In this document: one piece after another, positions 52,698 to 62,006 of the stretch
How the letters are laid out: each line of letters begins with the position of its first letter
Numbering within the stretch: the first letter of the stretch is position 1
Origin: Candidatus Eremiobacteria bacterium
Lineage (GTDB): Bacteria > Vulcanimicrobiota > Vulcanimicrobiia > Vulcanimicrobiales > Vulcanimicrobiaceae
Assembly: GCA_963737065.1 (NCBI GenBank)
Contig: CAVTRC010000002.1
Span: 416,001 to 480,000, forward strand
Direction: 5' to 3'
Length of the DNA: 64,000 nt
Position numbers and translations under genes: made by a program
The notes under the pieces: model-generated
What the model was told of the DNA's origin: nothing
Database searches by the model: none
Seen by the model: the letters and a program-made list of their open reading frames with translations, nothing else

Positions 52698-53248
52698 TGC
52701 GCTTCAACTACCTGTATGATGCGCCACCGGACCTGATCGAGCACATGCGTGCGATTCGCTTGCCGCGCGAGTTGCGAACCCCACTCTCGGCGCTGATCAC
52801 CGCAATCGCCGTTGTCGTTGCCTGGTGGTTCCTCGAACGTCACTGGGTGTCGCAAGCGGCGAGAGAAGAGGCCGTTGCCGCGCTGCGCCTGCAACAAAGC
52901 CGTCAAGCTTTCGATGCAACGAAGTTAGTGCGCGCCGACATCCAGCAGCTCTTGATGCTTGATACGCGGCTACGGGAGATTCGGTTGTCGGGGTCCGCGC
53001 TTGCTGACCGCTTAGCGGACCTCGGCAATCACGTTCCACACCAAGCGTGGCTGACGTCGGTCGCGCGCACCGAGGACGGCGTGGAACTGCTCGGGCGCGC
53101 CGAAGGCCTGCACGTCTTAAGCGCAACGGTCGCCGACCTGATGTCGAGCACGGCCGCATCTTCGCCGACGCTCATCCGTGCCGTGCGCGACGAACGGACT
53201 ACGGCGATCATCTCATTCACGATACACGCAGAGGAGCGGAAAAAGTGA
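52697..53248 (+). CDS. pilN: PilN-like protein
   Basis: N-terminal FNYL, TM helix, coiled coil, P..AWLTS, L.G.A. Follows pilM. Confidence 0.75.
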   Translation: MRFNYLYDAPPDLIEHMRAIRLPRELRTPLSALITAIAVVVAWWFLERHWVSQAAREEAVAALRLQQSRQAFDATKLVRADIQQLLMLDTRLREIRLSGSALADRLADLGNHVPHQAWLTSVARTEDGVELLGRAEGLHVLSATVADLMSSTAASSPTLIRAVRDERTTAIISFTIHAEERKK

Positions 53249-53880
53249 ATCGGCGGATGGACGTCCGCGCGTGGATCCGGATAACGTGGCTACTCACCGC
53301 GGTCGTCGTTGCCGGTATTGGTATCGCGTGCATTTGGTGGCCGCAATCGGAAGAGATTTCGCGACACCACGCGCGCGCGCTCGAGTTGTACGATGAAGCG
53401 AATACGTTCGATGCGCAAACGAGGCGTGCGTCGCAGCTTCGCGCCGCGCAAAGCCGTATTACCTCAGACCTCTCACAGCTAGGCGGAACTCGTTCGGCGG
53501 GAGCGATCACTGCCGCTTTTCTTCAGTTGCTTCACGAAGAGTCGACGCGTCAGAACGTAGACGTTCGCGAGGTGGCGCCGGACACGAGCGCGCATGCCTC
53601 GCCATCCTTCGTTCGAGATGCCGCGGCAGTGAGGACCACGGACAACGTCCTTGCGACGACCGACGTCGCGATCTCTTTGCGTGGTCCTTTTCGCAATATC
53701 GTTGCTTTCGTAAGCGACCTTCCGCGTCACGATGTCTTGATCGATGTTCGCGACATTCAACTCAGCTCAACGCAGACGGTTCACAGACCACCCGTTCTCG
53801 ACGTAACACTCCATACGACGATGTATCGCCTCGTATCGACGCCAACAGCAGGGAGCTCTCGTGTACGCACTCTCCGGTGA
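53245..53880 (+). CDS. pilO: PilO-like protein
   Basis: TM helix, coiled coil, ISLRGPF.NI.AFV..L. Follows pilN. Confidence 0.72.
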   Translation: MNRRMDVRAWIRITWLLTAVVVAGIGIACIWWPQSEEISRHHARALELYDEANTFDAQTRRASQLRAAQSRITSDLSQLGGTRSAGAITAAFLQLLHEESTRQNVDVREVAPDTSAHASPSFVRDAAAVRTTDNVLATTDVAISLRGPFRNIVAFVSDLPRHDVLIDVRDIQLSSTQTVHRPPVLDVTLHTTMYRLVSTPTAGSSRVRTLR

Positions 53881-54394
53881 AGACCGCGACCAATTGATGC
53901 GGATCTCGCTTGCAATCGTTTGCGGCGGCTCAGCGATATTACCGTTTACCGTGCCTCCCACGTCGCCGGCTGCTCGCGCGCACGTTGTCCCGCCGACCGT
54001 TGCTATTGCCGTGCCGCGCGTACCGGGCGCCTTGCGCTTTCCCGAGATTCGCATCGACCGCGACCCATTCGTCGCCGACGATGCAGCCGTCTCGGCGCAA
54101 GCAACACCGGATCGTGTGACGAGATACGGAGCGGCTGACGAAATCGGCATCGTCTTGCCTCCGAACGCGGGCGCTCGAAGCGCGCCTCCGGAGACGACGG
54201 TTGCCTTAGGTCTGCCCGTAGTGCGTGGGATTGTGCTCGGCGATGTGCCTCAAGCACTTATCGATGCGGGGAACGGAGTCAAGGTCTATAGCGTGGGAGA
54301 CCGCATCGGAAACAACGCGATTGCCTCGATCGATTCCTCCGGCGTCGTACTTTCCAACGGCGTTCGCCTCGCAATCGTGCACGAGGCGAAATGA
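53861..54394 (+). CDS. PilP-like protein
   Basis: RDPF motif and V.GIV.G..P.ALI...GD.IG beta domain. Precedes the secretin. Confidence 0.68.
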   Translation: MYALSGEDRDQLMRISLAIVCGGSAILPFTVPPTSPAARAHVVPPTVAIAVPRVPGALRFPEIRIDRDPFVADDAAVSAQATPDRVTRYGAADEIGIVLPPNAGARSAPPETTVALGLPVVRGIVLGDVPQALIDAGNGVKVYSVGDRIGNNAIASIDSSGVVLSNGVRLAIVHEAK

Positions 54395-55779
54395 AGGCGT
54401 TCGTTTCGATTATCCTGCTCTTAACGTTGCTGTCCGTTTCGGCGGTGGCGGCCGAAAAAGTGCTCACGCTCGACGTTCAGGACGTATACTTGTCCGACGC
54501 ACTGGCTTTACTCGGAGCTGAAGCCGGCGTCAACATCGTTACCGACTCCAGCGTGAAACCCGAGCGAATCACCGTTCGACTCAAGAACGTGACGTTCGAA
54601 AACGCACTTTCCGTCATTACGAATTCTTACGGCCTTCAAGTCCGGCGCGAAGGCAGCGTGTTGATCGTCGGCGAGGCTGATGCGATGAATCGGCGATACG
54701 ACGGCGCGAACACGCCCTTGGGCCCGCAGACGTTTCTATTACCGCTCGCGCATGCGAAGCCGGACGACGTTGCCAAGGAACTAAACGACGCGCTTCCTAT
54801 GGGGACGGTCATCGTGGCGGACAAGCGCACACGATCGGTGGTCGTAACCGGCCCGAGCGAAACGATCGCGCGCGCAAAATACTTGGTTTCCGTGCTCGAT
54901 GCACCGATCAATGCAGGATCCGGCGCACTGCCCGCAACGACGTACCGTCTGCGCTATATCCGCACCGATGAAGCCATTAAAGAACTCAAGCTGCTCGCAC
55001 CCGACGGAGTGTACGTGCCGGACGACCAGCATAACAGCGTGCTGGTAAGCGGGGATGACGATGTTCAAACTGCCGCTTTGCATCTCGTGGAATCGATGGA
55101 TCGGCCAAGCCCGCAGGTGATGTTTGAGGTCAAAGTCGCGGACGTCACTCCGGAGACCAAAGACTCCAATATCGGTCTAGAGTGGGGAGGAACCGACGTA
55201 CAAGGCCATCCGACGCAAGGCTCCGCCACATACGCGTTTACCGGCGGTTCGGTTCCTCTGAACGTCACGCTCAATGCGCTCATCACAGAGGGACGCGCGC
55301 AAATTCTTGCAACGCCGAAGCTCGTAACGATCAATAACAAAGAAGCGGATTTATTGATCGGGCAAACGTACCCCGTAATCTATAGCACCTCTGTGCTCGG
55401 TGGACAAAACGTTCAATTCGTCGACATCGGCGTAAAGTTGCGTCTTACACCAACGATCGGTCCCGACGGTGTCGTGACCGCGGAACTTCATCCCGAATAT
55501 AGCGAATTGCTCGGCCTGACGAGCACGGGCTATCCAATCATCGCGAACCGAAAGATCGACAGTACGCTTCGGGTTGCCGATTCGCAAACGATCGTGCTGG
55601 GTGGATTAATGCGGGATGTCGATAATGAAACGTTGGAGCGTGTTCCGGGGCTCTCCAGCATACCGGTGCTCGGTGAGTTCTTCAAAAATCGAATCACGCA
55701 TCACGAGCGCGACGAGATCGTGTTTCTGATCACGCCGCACGTGATTTACCCCGATCAAAACGCGAAGGCGCAAAAGTGA
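54391..55779 (+). CDS. Secretin (PilQ/GspD family)
   Basis: STN and N3 domains, QV..EV, ILATP.L.T.NN..A, GQ..P, VLGGL, VP.LS.IP.LG.FF, LITP. Confidence 0.93.
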   Translation: MKAFVSIILLLTLLSVSAVAAEKVLTLDVQDVYLSDALALLGAEAGVNIVTDSSVKPERITVRLKNVTFENALSVITNSYGLQVRREGSVLIVGEADAMNRRYDGANTPLGPQTFLLPLAHAKPDDVAKELNDALPMGTVIVADKRTRSVVVTGPSETIARAKYLVSVLDAPINAGSGALPATTYRLRYIRTDEAIKELKLLAPDGVYVPDDQHNSVLVSGDDDVQTAALHLVESMDRPSPQVMFEVKVADVTPETKDSNIGLEWGGTDVQGHPTQGSATYAFTGGSVPLNVTLNALITEGRAQILATPKLVTINNKEADLLIGQTYPVIYSTSVLGGQNVQFVDIGVKLRLTPTIGPDGVVTAELHPEYSELLGLTSTGYPIIANRKIDSTLRVADSQTIVLGGLMRDVDNETLERVPGLSSIPVLGEFFKNRITHHERDEIVFLITPHVIYPDQNAKAQK

Positions 55780-55826
55780 CGCAAGCCGTGGTGTGAACCG
55801 CGTCGGTTGTTGGGAAAACTCGCGAC

Positions 55827-56417
55827 ATGAAACATGAGAGTGGAATGCATGATGCCGCTTTATTACTTGCTCGCGGCGTTCTTGGTGCAAGCATCGCGGC
55901 TCACGGCACACAAAAGCTTTTCGGCTGGTTTGGCGGACCGGGTCCGGAGGGCGCGTCGCAGTTCATGGGAATGCTCGGCTTTCAGCCGGCCGATACGATG
56001 GCGCGCGTTGCTTCGTTAACCGAAGTCGCATCGGGCCTTTTGATCGCGACCGGCACCGGCGGTCCACTTGGGCCGATGCTGTTAACATCCGTGATGGTGA
56101 CCGCGGTCGCGAGCGTTCACTTCAAAAACGGCTACTGGAATTCAAATCAGGGCTTCGAGCTGAACACGATGTACGTGCTCCTCGCGCTGCTCTTGGCAGT
56201 CGAGGATCATGGGCGGTTCAGTGTCGATGAAGCGATCGGCCTTCGTAAGAAGATGCATCCCCGATTGGGATGGCTCGCCGTTGCCGGCGGCATCGGGGCC
56301 GCGGCATTCATTCTTTCACGCCGGGAAACGCAGCAGCCGCAAGCGCATGCAGCGTCGCCGACGGAAGTCGGGACGTTAGGCGAGCCGGCGGACGACATCA
56401 CGCCTGCGACGCAGTAG
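55827..56417 (+). CDS. DoxX family membrane protein
   Basis: HGTQKLFGWFGGPG, E...GLL...G, VH..NG.W...G.E. Confidence 0.92.
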   Translation: MKHESGMHDAALLLARGVLGASIAAHGTQKLFGWFGGPGPEGASQFMGMLGFQPADTMARVASLTEVASGLLIATGTGGPLGPMLLTSVMVTAVASVHFKNGYWNSNQGFELNTMYVLLALLLAVEDHGRFSVDEAIGLRKKMHPRLGWLAVAGGIGAAAFILSRRETQQPQAHAASPTEVGTLGEPADDITPATQ

Positions 56418-56424
56418 CGGGTTC

Positions 56425-56491
56425 CTACTAAAAGCTTAGTTGACAGACGCGTCCATCCGGTGTAGGCTTCTACTAAGTTTTTAGTAGAAGC
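56425..56491 (+). promoter_or_regulatory. Sigma70 promoter flanked by two BlaI-type operators
   Basis: TTGACA (56440-45)-N17-TAGGCT. Operators CTACTAA-N4-TTAGTTG (56425-42) and perfect GCTTCTACTAA-N4-TTAGTAGAAGC (56466-91). Confidence 0.85.
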
Positions 56492-56506
56492 TCGGGGAGG
56501 GCCGCA

Positions 56507-56893
56507 GTGTCGCGTAACAGGGTCAAATCTCTTACCAAAGCGGAGCTCCGGATCATGCAAGTGCTCTGGAGACTTCGCCGTGGCACGGTCGCGGATGTCG
56601 TCGCTGCTATGCCGCCACCGCCGCTTGCATATACGACGGTCCTCACGATGTTACGCATTCTCGAGCAAAAGGGCGCGGTAAAACGCGAACTCGAGGGACG
56701 CGCGCATGTGTATTATCCGGCGTTTGCGCAAGACGACGCCGCGCGCAACGCGATCGGCGACGTCGTGCAAGCGTTCTTCAAGAATAGTAAGACCGCGCTC
56801 GCCATGCGCCTTATCGCCGAAGAGAAGCCGGATAAGGACGAACTCGCGCGCATGAAAGCGCTCATCGCACGGTACGAGGAAGATCAACGATGA
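56507..56893 (+). CDS. BlaI/MecI/CopY family repressor
   Basis: LT.AEL.IM.VLW, AYTTVLT.L.IL..KG, GRAH.Y.P. Confidence 0.95.
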   Translation: MSRNRVKSLTKAELRIMQVLWRLRRGTVADVVAAMPPPPLAYTTVLTMLRILEQKGAVKRELEGRAHVYYPAFAQDDAARNAIGDVVQAFFKNSKTALAMRLIAEEKPDKDELARMKALIARYEEDQR

Positions 56894-58818
56894 TTGCGCT
56901 GCAGCCTGTCGAGTCGTGCGGTATCGCCGTGCTCGTTACGGCGCTCGTCAACGCGATTTGGCAACCCGCGCTCATCGCGGGCATTACATGGTTCGCCTTA
57001 CGCATCTCACGTTGCACGAACGCAACGACGCGTCATGCCGTGTGGACCGTTGCGCTCATCGCAAGCATCTGCGTGCCGGTCCTCAGCGCGACATCACTCG
57101 TTTTGCCGCAGGCGTCCGTTCAAACTCCAGCGACGTCCGAACCCGTTCACTCGCCGGCGAAGGCACCGAGAGTCGCAAGCAAAATCACCGGGATAAGGTC
57201 CTTTCCGCTTTCGACGGCGACGCTTCCCGTCGTTCATCGACCGAAGATTGCCGTGCATCCAACGCTTGCGATGATTATCGCGGGCGTGTGGGCGGCCATT
57301 TCGCTTCTAGTCCTCGGACGTCTCGCCCTTAGTTTCTTCTACCTCGAGCGCCTCAAACGCGATGCGCTTCCGCTTTCCGTCGATCGCCGGCATGCGCTTT
57401 CGCGCTGGGATCGCGCCGAAAAAGGACAGCGCGATGTACGGATCTGCGTAACGGACGAAATTCGCGTGCCCGTTGCGGTGGGCATCTTCGACGCGATGAT
57501 CCTCTTACCGAAAGACCTTGTCGAGGAACTGGACTCGACCGATTTAGATCGCATCCTGCTGCATGAACTCGCGCACGTTCGCCGTTCGGACGACTGGGTG
57601 AATCTCGTCGAACGCATCGCGATGGCGCTGCTGTTTTTCAGCCCCGGCATGTACTTCATCGCACGGCAGATGGACCTCGAGCGCGAAGTCGCATGCGACG
57701 ATTGGGTCCTCGCGCAAGCTGCTGAAAATGCGTCGTACGCGCGCTGCCTGGCTCGTATCGTCGAGATGACGCAATGGCCGTACCGCGCCCTTGCGGCACC
57801 CGGGGTCTTCGTTACTCGTCGCAGCATGTCGATTCGCATCGAACGATTGCTGGCGCGTGGGCGCGATATCCGTATTCGGCTCGCGATTGTGCCGTCGCTG
57901 GTTTCCCTTGCGGCGATTGTCGCGATCGTTATCGCGGGCGGTTTCGTCTCGCCCACGATTGCTTACACGATGAGCGCTGACGTAACGGTCCCTGCGGTTC
58001 GCGCCAAGCCGGCCGTTGTTGCTGCAAAGAGCGCGCCGCGCACGACCACTACAGTGAAGACGGCGCCGAAACCTTCGCCGACGGCAACGCGTACGCCGTT
58101 GCTCGCGGCGTATGTTCCGCTGACGGCGCCGGCCACACATGCGGCGGTTCATGTCCACGTGGACGCGCGTGCGCACGCAGCGGTGCACGAGCATGTCAAT
58201 GTTTCAGCCCAAACCGGCTTCGCTACTCGCGGCACGGTTACGGTTGCCGCGGCCAGTCCGGTGCCGTTCGCGAATGTCGTTGCGGACACCGGGTATCTCG
58301 ACGAACTACGCGCGGCCGGCCTGACGAACCTCGATGCCGACAGCGTTATCGCGCTCAAATCGGTCGGCGTTACCGGCGACTATATCCGGGAAATGCGGGC
58401 GGCTGGGATCGGGCAGTTGACCGCACGCGAGCTCGTTGCGCTCAAGTCTGTCGGTGTAACACCGGACTATGTGAGCATGATGCGCAACGCCGGTCTGGCT
58501 GCAAGCGATGCGCGCGGCTGGACCGAACTGAAATCCGTCGGCGTTACTCCCGACTATGCGAGCGCGCTGCGAACCGCGGGAATTCGCGCGATCGATACAC
58601 GAACGCTCGTCGAATTGAAAACAATGGACGTCACGCCGGCCTACATCGGCGACCTTGCAAACGCCGGTTATGCGCATCTCGCGGCGCGCGAATACGGCGA
58701 GTTGAAATCGGTGGGTGTCGACGGTGCGTACATTGAGCGCCTAGCGCAACACGGATTTACGAAGTTGCCGATTCACAAACTGGTCGAGTTCAAAGCGATG
58801 GGAATCGATCCAAAGTGA
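56890..58818 (+). CDS. M56 (BlaR1/MecR1-like) membrane metallopeptidase with C-terminal 29-aa repeats
   Basis: R...W, P...G, HELAH.RR.D, E.ACD..V, Y...L, Pro/Ala/Thr linker, six LK..GV(T/D)..Y repeats. Confidence 0.92.
   Translation: MIALQPVESCGIAVLVTALVNAIWQPALIAGITWFALRISRCTNATTRHAVWTVALIASICVPVLSATSLVLPQASVQTPATSEPVHSPAKAPRVASKITGIRSFPLSTATLPVVHRPKIAVHPTLAMIIAGVWAAISLLVLGRLALSFFYLERLKRDALPLSVDRRHALSRWDRAEKGQRDVRICVTDEIRVPVAVGIFDAMILLPKDLVEELDSTDLDRILLHELAHVRRSDDWVNLVERIAMALLFFSPGMYFIARQMDLEREVACDDWVLAQAAENASYARCLARIVEMTQWPYRALAAPGVFVTRRSMSIRIERLLARGRDIRIRLAIVPSLVSLAAIVAIVIAGGFVSPTIAYTMSADVTVPAVRAKPAVVAAKSAPRTTTTVKTAPKPSPTATRTPLLAAYVPLTAPATHAAVHVHVDARAHAAVHEHVNVSAQTGFATRGTVTVAAASPVPFANVVADTGYLDELRAAGLTNLDADSVIALKSVGVTGDYIREMRAAGIGQLTARELVALKSVGVTPDYVSMMRNAGLAASDARGWTELKSVGVTPDYASALRTAGIRAIDTRTLVELKTMDVTPAYIGDLANAGYAHLAAREYGELKSVGVDGAYIERLAQHGFTKLPIHKLVEFKAMGIDPK
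58291..58810 (+). repeat. Six tandem ~87-nt (29-aa) coding repeats
   Basis: Recurrent Y..ELR.AG......L..LKSVGVT. DNA CTCAAATCGGTCGGCGTTAC / CTCAAGTCTGTCGGTGTAAC / CTGAAATCCGTCGGCGTTAC at 87-nt spacing. Confidence 0.9.
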
Positions 58819-59603
58819 GCCGGCCACGCTACCGTACGATGATTGCAGCGCTTAGCGCGAACATATTCGTGGCCGTCGTCGCAGTCGCGGCGTTCACGGC
58901 GTCGGCGAACGCTGACGTTGCGCACGGGACATGGAATATCACGGCCGACCACGGGGCCGTTCAGCTTGAAACGCGTTGGAATTCCGGCAGCGGCCGTCAC
59001 GACAACGAGCATTCTTCGGCGATCGACGCAGCGGCGCTCGGAATTTCTAAAGCACTCGCCTCGCCGGGGCAGCATGTGACGTTTAACCTACATCGCGAAG
59101 CCGGGGATTACGCGTTTGACGGCTGGTTAGGCAATGGTGAGGGCGCGGGCAATTACACGTTCGCGCCGAACGAATCGTTCTTCACGGCTCTGCGCAAACG
59201 GGGCTACGACGTGCAGACGTTGGATTACGAAATCGCATTCGGCAATCTCGACATCACGACGCAGTACGTCGATGAAATGGAAGCGCTCGGATACAAGCTG
59301 GAGGTCAATAAACTCGTTGCAATGAGAGCGCTCGGCGTAACGGCACAATACGTGCGCGATTTACGATCCGCTGGGGTCAGCGACGTTACGCAGTCGCAGG
59401 TGATTTCAATGCGCGCGCTTCGCGTCGACCGCGCGTACGTCGATGAGATCGCGCAAGCCGGCTTTCCGCACCTTTCCGCAAACGAATATGTGACGCTGAA
59501 GGCGTTACGCGTCGACGGCGCCTATATCAGGTACCTGCGCGGTCATGGTTTTAAAAACCTCACGGTCAATCAGGTCGTCACGATGAAAGCAGAGCGAATT
59601 TAG
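58815..59603 (+). CDS. Exported protein with the same 29-aa repeat
   Basis: Signal peptide ending ANA, F.L.REAG...F.G....G.G.G.Y.F domain, then about 5 repeats (MRALGVTAQYV..LR..G). Confidence 0.85.
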   Translation: MSRPRYRTMIAALSANIFVAVVAVAAFTASANADVAHGTWNITADHGAVQLETRWNSGSGRHDNEHSSAIDAAALGISKALASPGQHVTFNLHREAGDYAFDGWLGNGEGAGNYTFAPNESFFTALRKRGYDVQTLDYEIAFGNLDITTQYVDEMEALGYKLEVNKLVAMRALGVTAQYVRDLRSAGVSDVTQSQVISMRALRVDRAYVDEIAQAGFPHLSANEYVTLKALRVDGAYIRYLRGHGFKNLTVNQVVTMKAERI

Positions 59604-59677
59604 CCTTATTCCACAAGGAAAATCGAGCCGTTTAGAAAATCGTCCGGTCAATTAGCTGCCCCCCTCGAAAGGACAGT

Positions 59678-60100
59678 ATGACCAAGAACGAGTTAGCTCG
59701 TGAGCTCGCCGAGGAACTGGAAATGCCGCGCCGTCAAGTGGTTGAGATCATCGACGCGCTGCTGGACAAATTCACCGACGTGCTCAAGTCGGGCGATAAG
59801 GTCCAGCTGACCCCCTTCGGCCAGTTCAAGGTTCGGGATCGCGCCGCTCGTGTCGCGCGCAACCCGAAGACGGGCGAACCGATCAAAGTCCCAGCGAAGC
59901 GGGTTCTGAAGTTTATCGCCGGACGTACGCTGAAGGAGGCCGTCGGCACGGCCAAGCGCGGCGGCGGAGCGGCGAAGAAGTCGTCGGCGAAGAAATCAAC
60001 GGCGAAAAAGAGCGCCGCGAAGAAGGCTTCGCCACGTAAAGCGACGCCGGCCCGTAAAGGTGCGGCGAAGAAGACGCCCGGAGGCAAGAAAGGCCGGTAG
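59678..60100 (+). CDS. hup: HU DNA-binding protein with Lys/Ala-rich tail
   Basis: MTKNEL, FGQF.V..RAAR..RNPKTGE.I..PA, AKKS repeats. Confidence 0.95.
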   Translation: MTKNELARELAEELEMPRRQVVEIIDALLDKFTDVLKSGDKVQLTPFGQFKVRDRAARVARNPKTGEPIKVPAKRVLKFIAGRTLKEAVGTAKRGGGAAKKSSAKKSTAKKSAAKKASPRKATPARKGAAKKTPGGKKGR

Positions 60101-60117
60101 TTTTCGCGCTAGAGTAC

Positions 60118-60151
60118 GAGCCGCCCGTTCACCGGGCGGCTCTTTGTTTTT
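60118..60151 (+). terminator. Intrinsic terminator after HU
   Basis: GAGCCGCCCG-N5-CGGGCGGCTC followed by TTTGTTTTT. Confidence 0.9.
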
Positions 60152-60160
60152 GACGATTCT

Positions 60161-60748
60161 CTATGCGGTCGGCGCATGCGCGCGATTTGGCTGCGCGACG
60201 CCGGTTTCAGCGCGCGATTGTTTCCCGCCCGCAGTCGCGAAGAGCCGAATCATCGCGGCGTTGAATGTCGGGATGTCATCCGGTTTTCGACTCGTTACCA
60301 TCCCCGGCGACTCCACGGCCGGCTGATCGACCCACTCGCCGCCTGCGTTACGTATGTCCGTTTTCAACGATGGCCACGACGTCACTTTTCGACCGTCGAC
60401 CAGCCCAGCTTCAATCAAAATCCATGGCGCGTGACAGATCGCCGCGATCGGCTTACCGGCCGCCGCAATCCGCGCGACAAATTGAACGGCTTTGGGTTCC
60501 GTCCGCAGTTTGTCGGCGTTGAGCGCACCTCCCGGCAGCAGCAAGGCGTCGAAGTCGTCCGGATTCGCTTCTTCGAGCGACATATCGACATTGAAGACTT
60601 CGGCCGGCGTGTGATGGTTCCACCCCTGCACCTGCGGTGTGTGCTCAGAAATCAGCACCGTCTTTGCACCGGCGGCGTCGAGCGCCTTTCTCGGTTCCAC
60701 CATTTCGGGTTGTTCGAATGCATCCTCGAGTAAAATCGCGACCCGCAT
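60161..60748 (-). CDS. PfpI/DJ-1 family protein (start may be 60769)
   Basis: FEQPE, DALLLPGG, AAICHAPW, TSRKPDD. Confidence 0.94.
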   Translation of the reverse strand: MRVAILLEDAFEQPEMVEPRKALDAAGAKTVLISEHTPQVQGWNHHTPAEVFNVDMSLEEANPDDFDALLLPGGALNADKLRTEPKAVQFVARIAAAGKPIAAICHAPWILIEAGLVDGRKVTSWPSLKTDIRNAGGEWVDQPAVESPGMVTSRKPDDIPTFNAAMIRLFATAGGKQSRAETGVAQPNRAHAPTA

Positions 60749-60827
60749 GCTCAGTAACTCTTGTCTCATAATATAGCCGTCGTACCCGCCGCAGGCGGCG
60801 TCAAAGTAGGCAGCCAAGGTAATTCGA

Positions 60828-62006
60828 GTGTTCCGGTATCTCACGGCCGGCGAATCACACGGACCTGCGTTAGTCGGCATCCTCGACGGGTTGCCTGCGC
60901 ACATACCGCTGAACGTCGAAGAAATTAATACCACGCTCGCACGTCGCCAAGGCGGGTACGGGCGCGGCGCTCGCATGAGCATCGAACGAGATGAGATTGA
61001 ATTTCTCGCCGGCGTGCGCGGCAGTGAAACGTTAGGATCGCCCATTGCGATCGTCGTACGTAATCGTGATTTTGAGAACGTTCGCGCGTTGATGGATCCA
61101 CTCACGGGGAAGGGAACCCCGCTGACGAATCCGCGTCCCGGCCATGCCGACTACGCCGGCGCACTGAAATACCGGCATCGCGATTTACGTAACGTGCTCG
61201 AGCGGGCAAGTGCACGTGAAACGACGATGCGCGTTGCGCTCGGCGCGATTTGCGCGCAGTTTCTTTCGGCGCTCGGCGTCACGACGCGCAGCTACGTGCA
61301 TCGCATCGGAGACGTCGCAGCGCCTGTCCTCGACGAGTGGTCGCAGCAAGATGTCGAAGCGAGCGACGTGCGCTGCCCCGATCGCGCGACGGCGCATGCG
61401 ATGATCGCTGCGATCGACGCCGCTAAAGCGGCAGGTGACACGCTCGGCGGTCAATTCATCATTCAGATCGACGGTTTACCGGCAGGTGTCGGGAGCAATC
61501 GGCAACCGGACACCCGCCTTGACGGCGTGCTCGCCGGCGCGCTGATGGGAACGCAAACCGTCAAAGCGGTTGAAGTGGGGCTCGGAGCCGACGTCGCGTC
61601 GAAGCGTGGTTCGCAAGCCCATGACACGTTCGCGCTGCGCTCTTCGAGCGGCTCAGGAGAGGCAGTCGTGCGCGAAACAAATCGTGCGGGCGGAATCGAA
61701 GGCGGCATGAGTAACGGTCAGCCGGTGACGCTGCGCGTATCCGTCAAGCCGATTCCGACGCTGATGAACGCATTGCCTTCGGTCAATCTGCATGCGCGGC
61801 AAGATGCTCCGGCGACGATCGTGCGCAGCGATGTGTGCGTGGTCCCGGCGGCCGCAATCGTCGCCGAGGCGATGGTGCGCCTGGCCCTCGTCGCCCCGGT
61901 GCTTGAGAAATACGGTGGCGATTCGATGGAAGAAACGCTTGACAACGTGCAGCGCGCGAATGCCGCTGCGGCGGCGCTGTTCGCGACGGATCCGGAGGGG
62001 GTATGA
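60828..62006 (+). CDS. aroC: Chorismate synthase
   Basis: TAGESHG, RRQGGYGRG, PRPGHAD, ERASARET, GGIEGGMSNG, RSD.C. Confidence 0.97.
   Translation: MFRYLTAGESHGPALVGILDGLPAHIPLNVEEINTTLARRQGGYGRGARMSIERDEIEFLAGVRGSETLGSPIAIVVRNRDFENVRALMDPLTGKGTPLTNPRPGHADYAGALKYRHRDLRNVLERASARETTMRVALGAICAQFLSALGVTTRSYVHRIGDVAAPVLDEWSQQDVEASDVRCPDRATAHAMIAAIDAAKAAGDTLGGQFIIQIDGLPAGVGSNRQPDTRLDGVLAGALMGTQTVKAVEVGLGADVASKRGSQAHDTFALRSSSGSGEAVVRETNRAGGIEGGMSNGQPVTLRVSVKPIPTLMNALPSVNLHARQDAPATIVRSDVCVVPAAAIVAEAMVRLALVAPVLEKYGGDSMEETLDNVQRANAAAAALFATDPEGV

Noticed and set aside
56466..56491. Perfect inverted repeat as a terminator
   Set aside because: AT-rich, repeated upstream and overlapping the promoter, so it is better explained as a BlaI-type operator.
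58291..58810. Periodic DNA repeat as a CRISPR array
   Set aside because: In-frame degenerate 87-nt coding repeats without identical repeat/spacer structure, and no cas genes.
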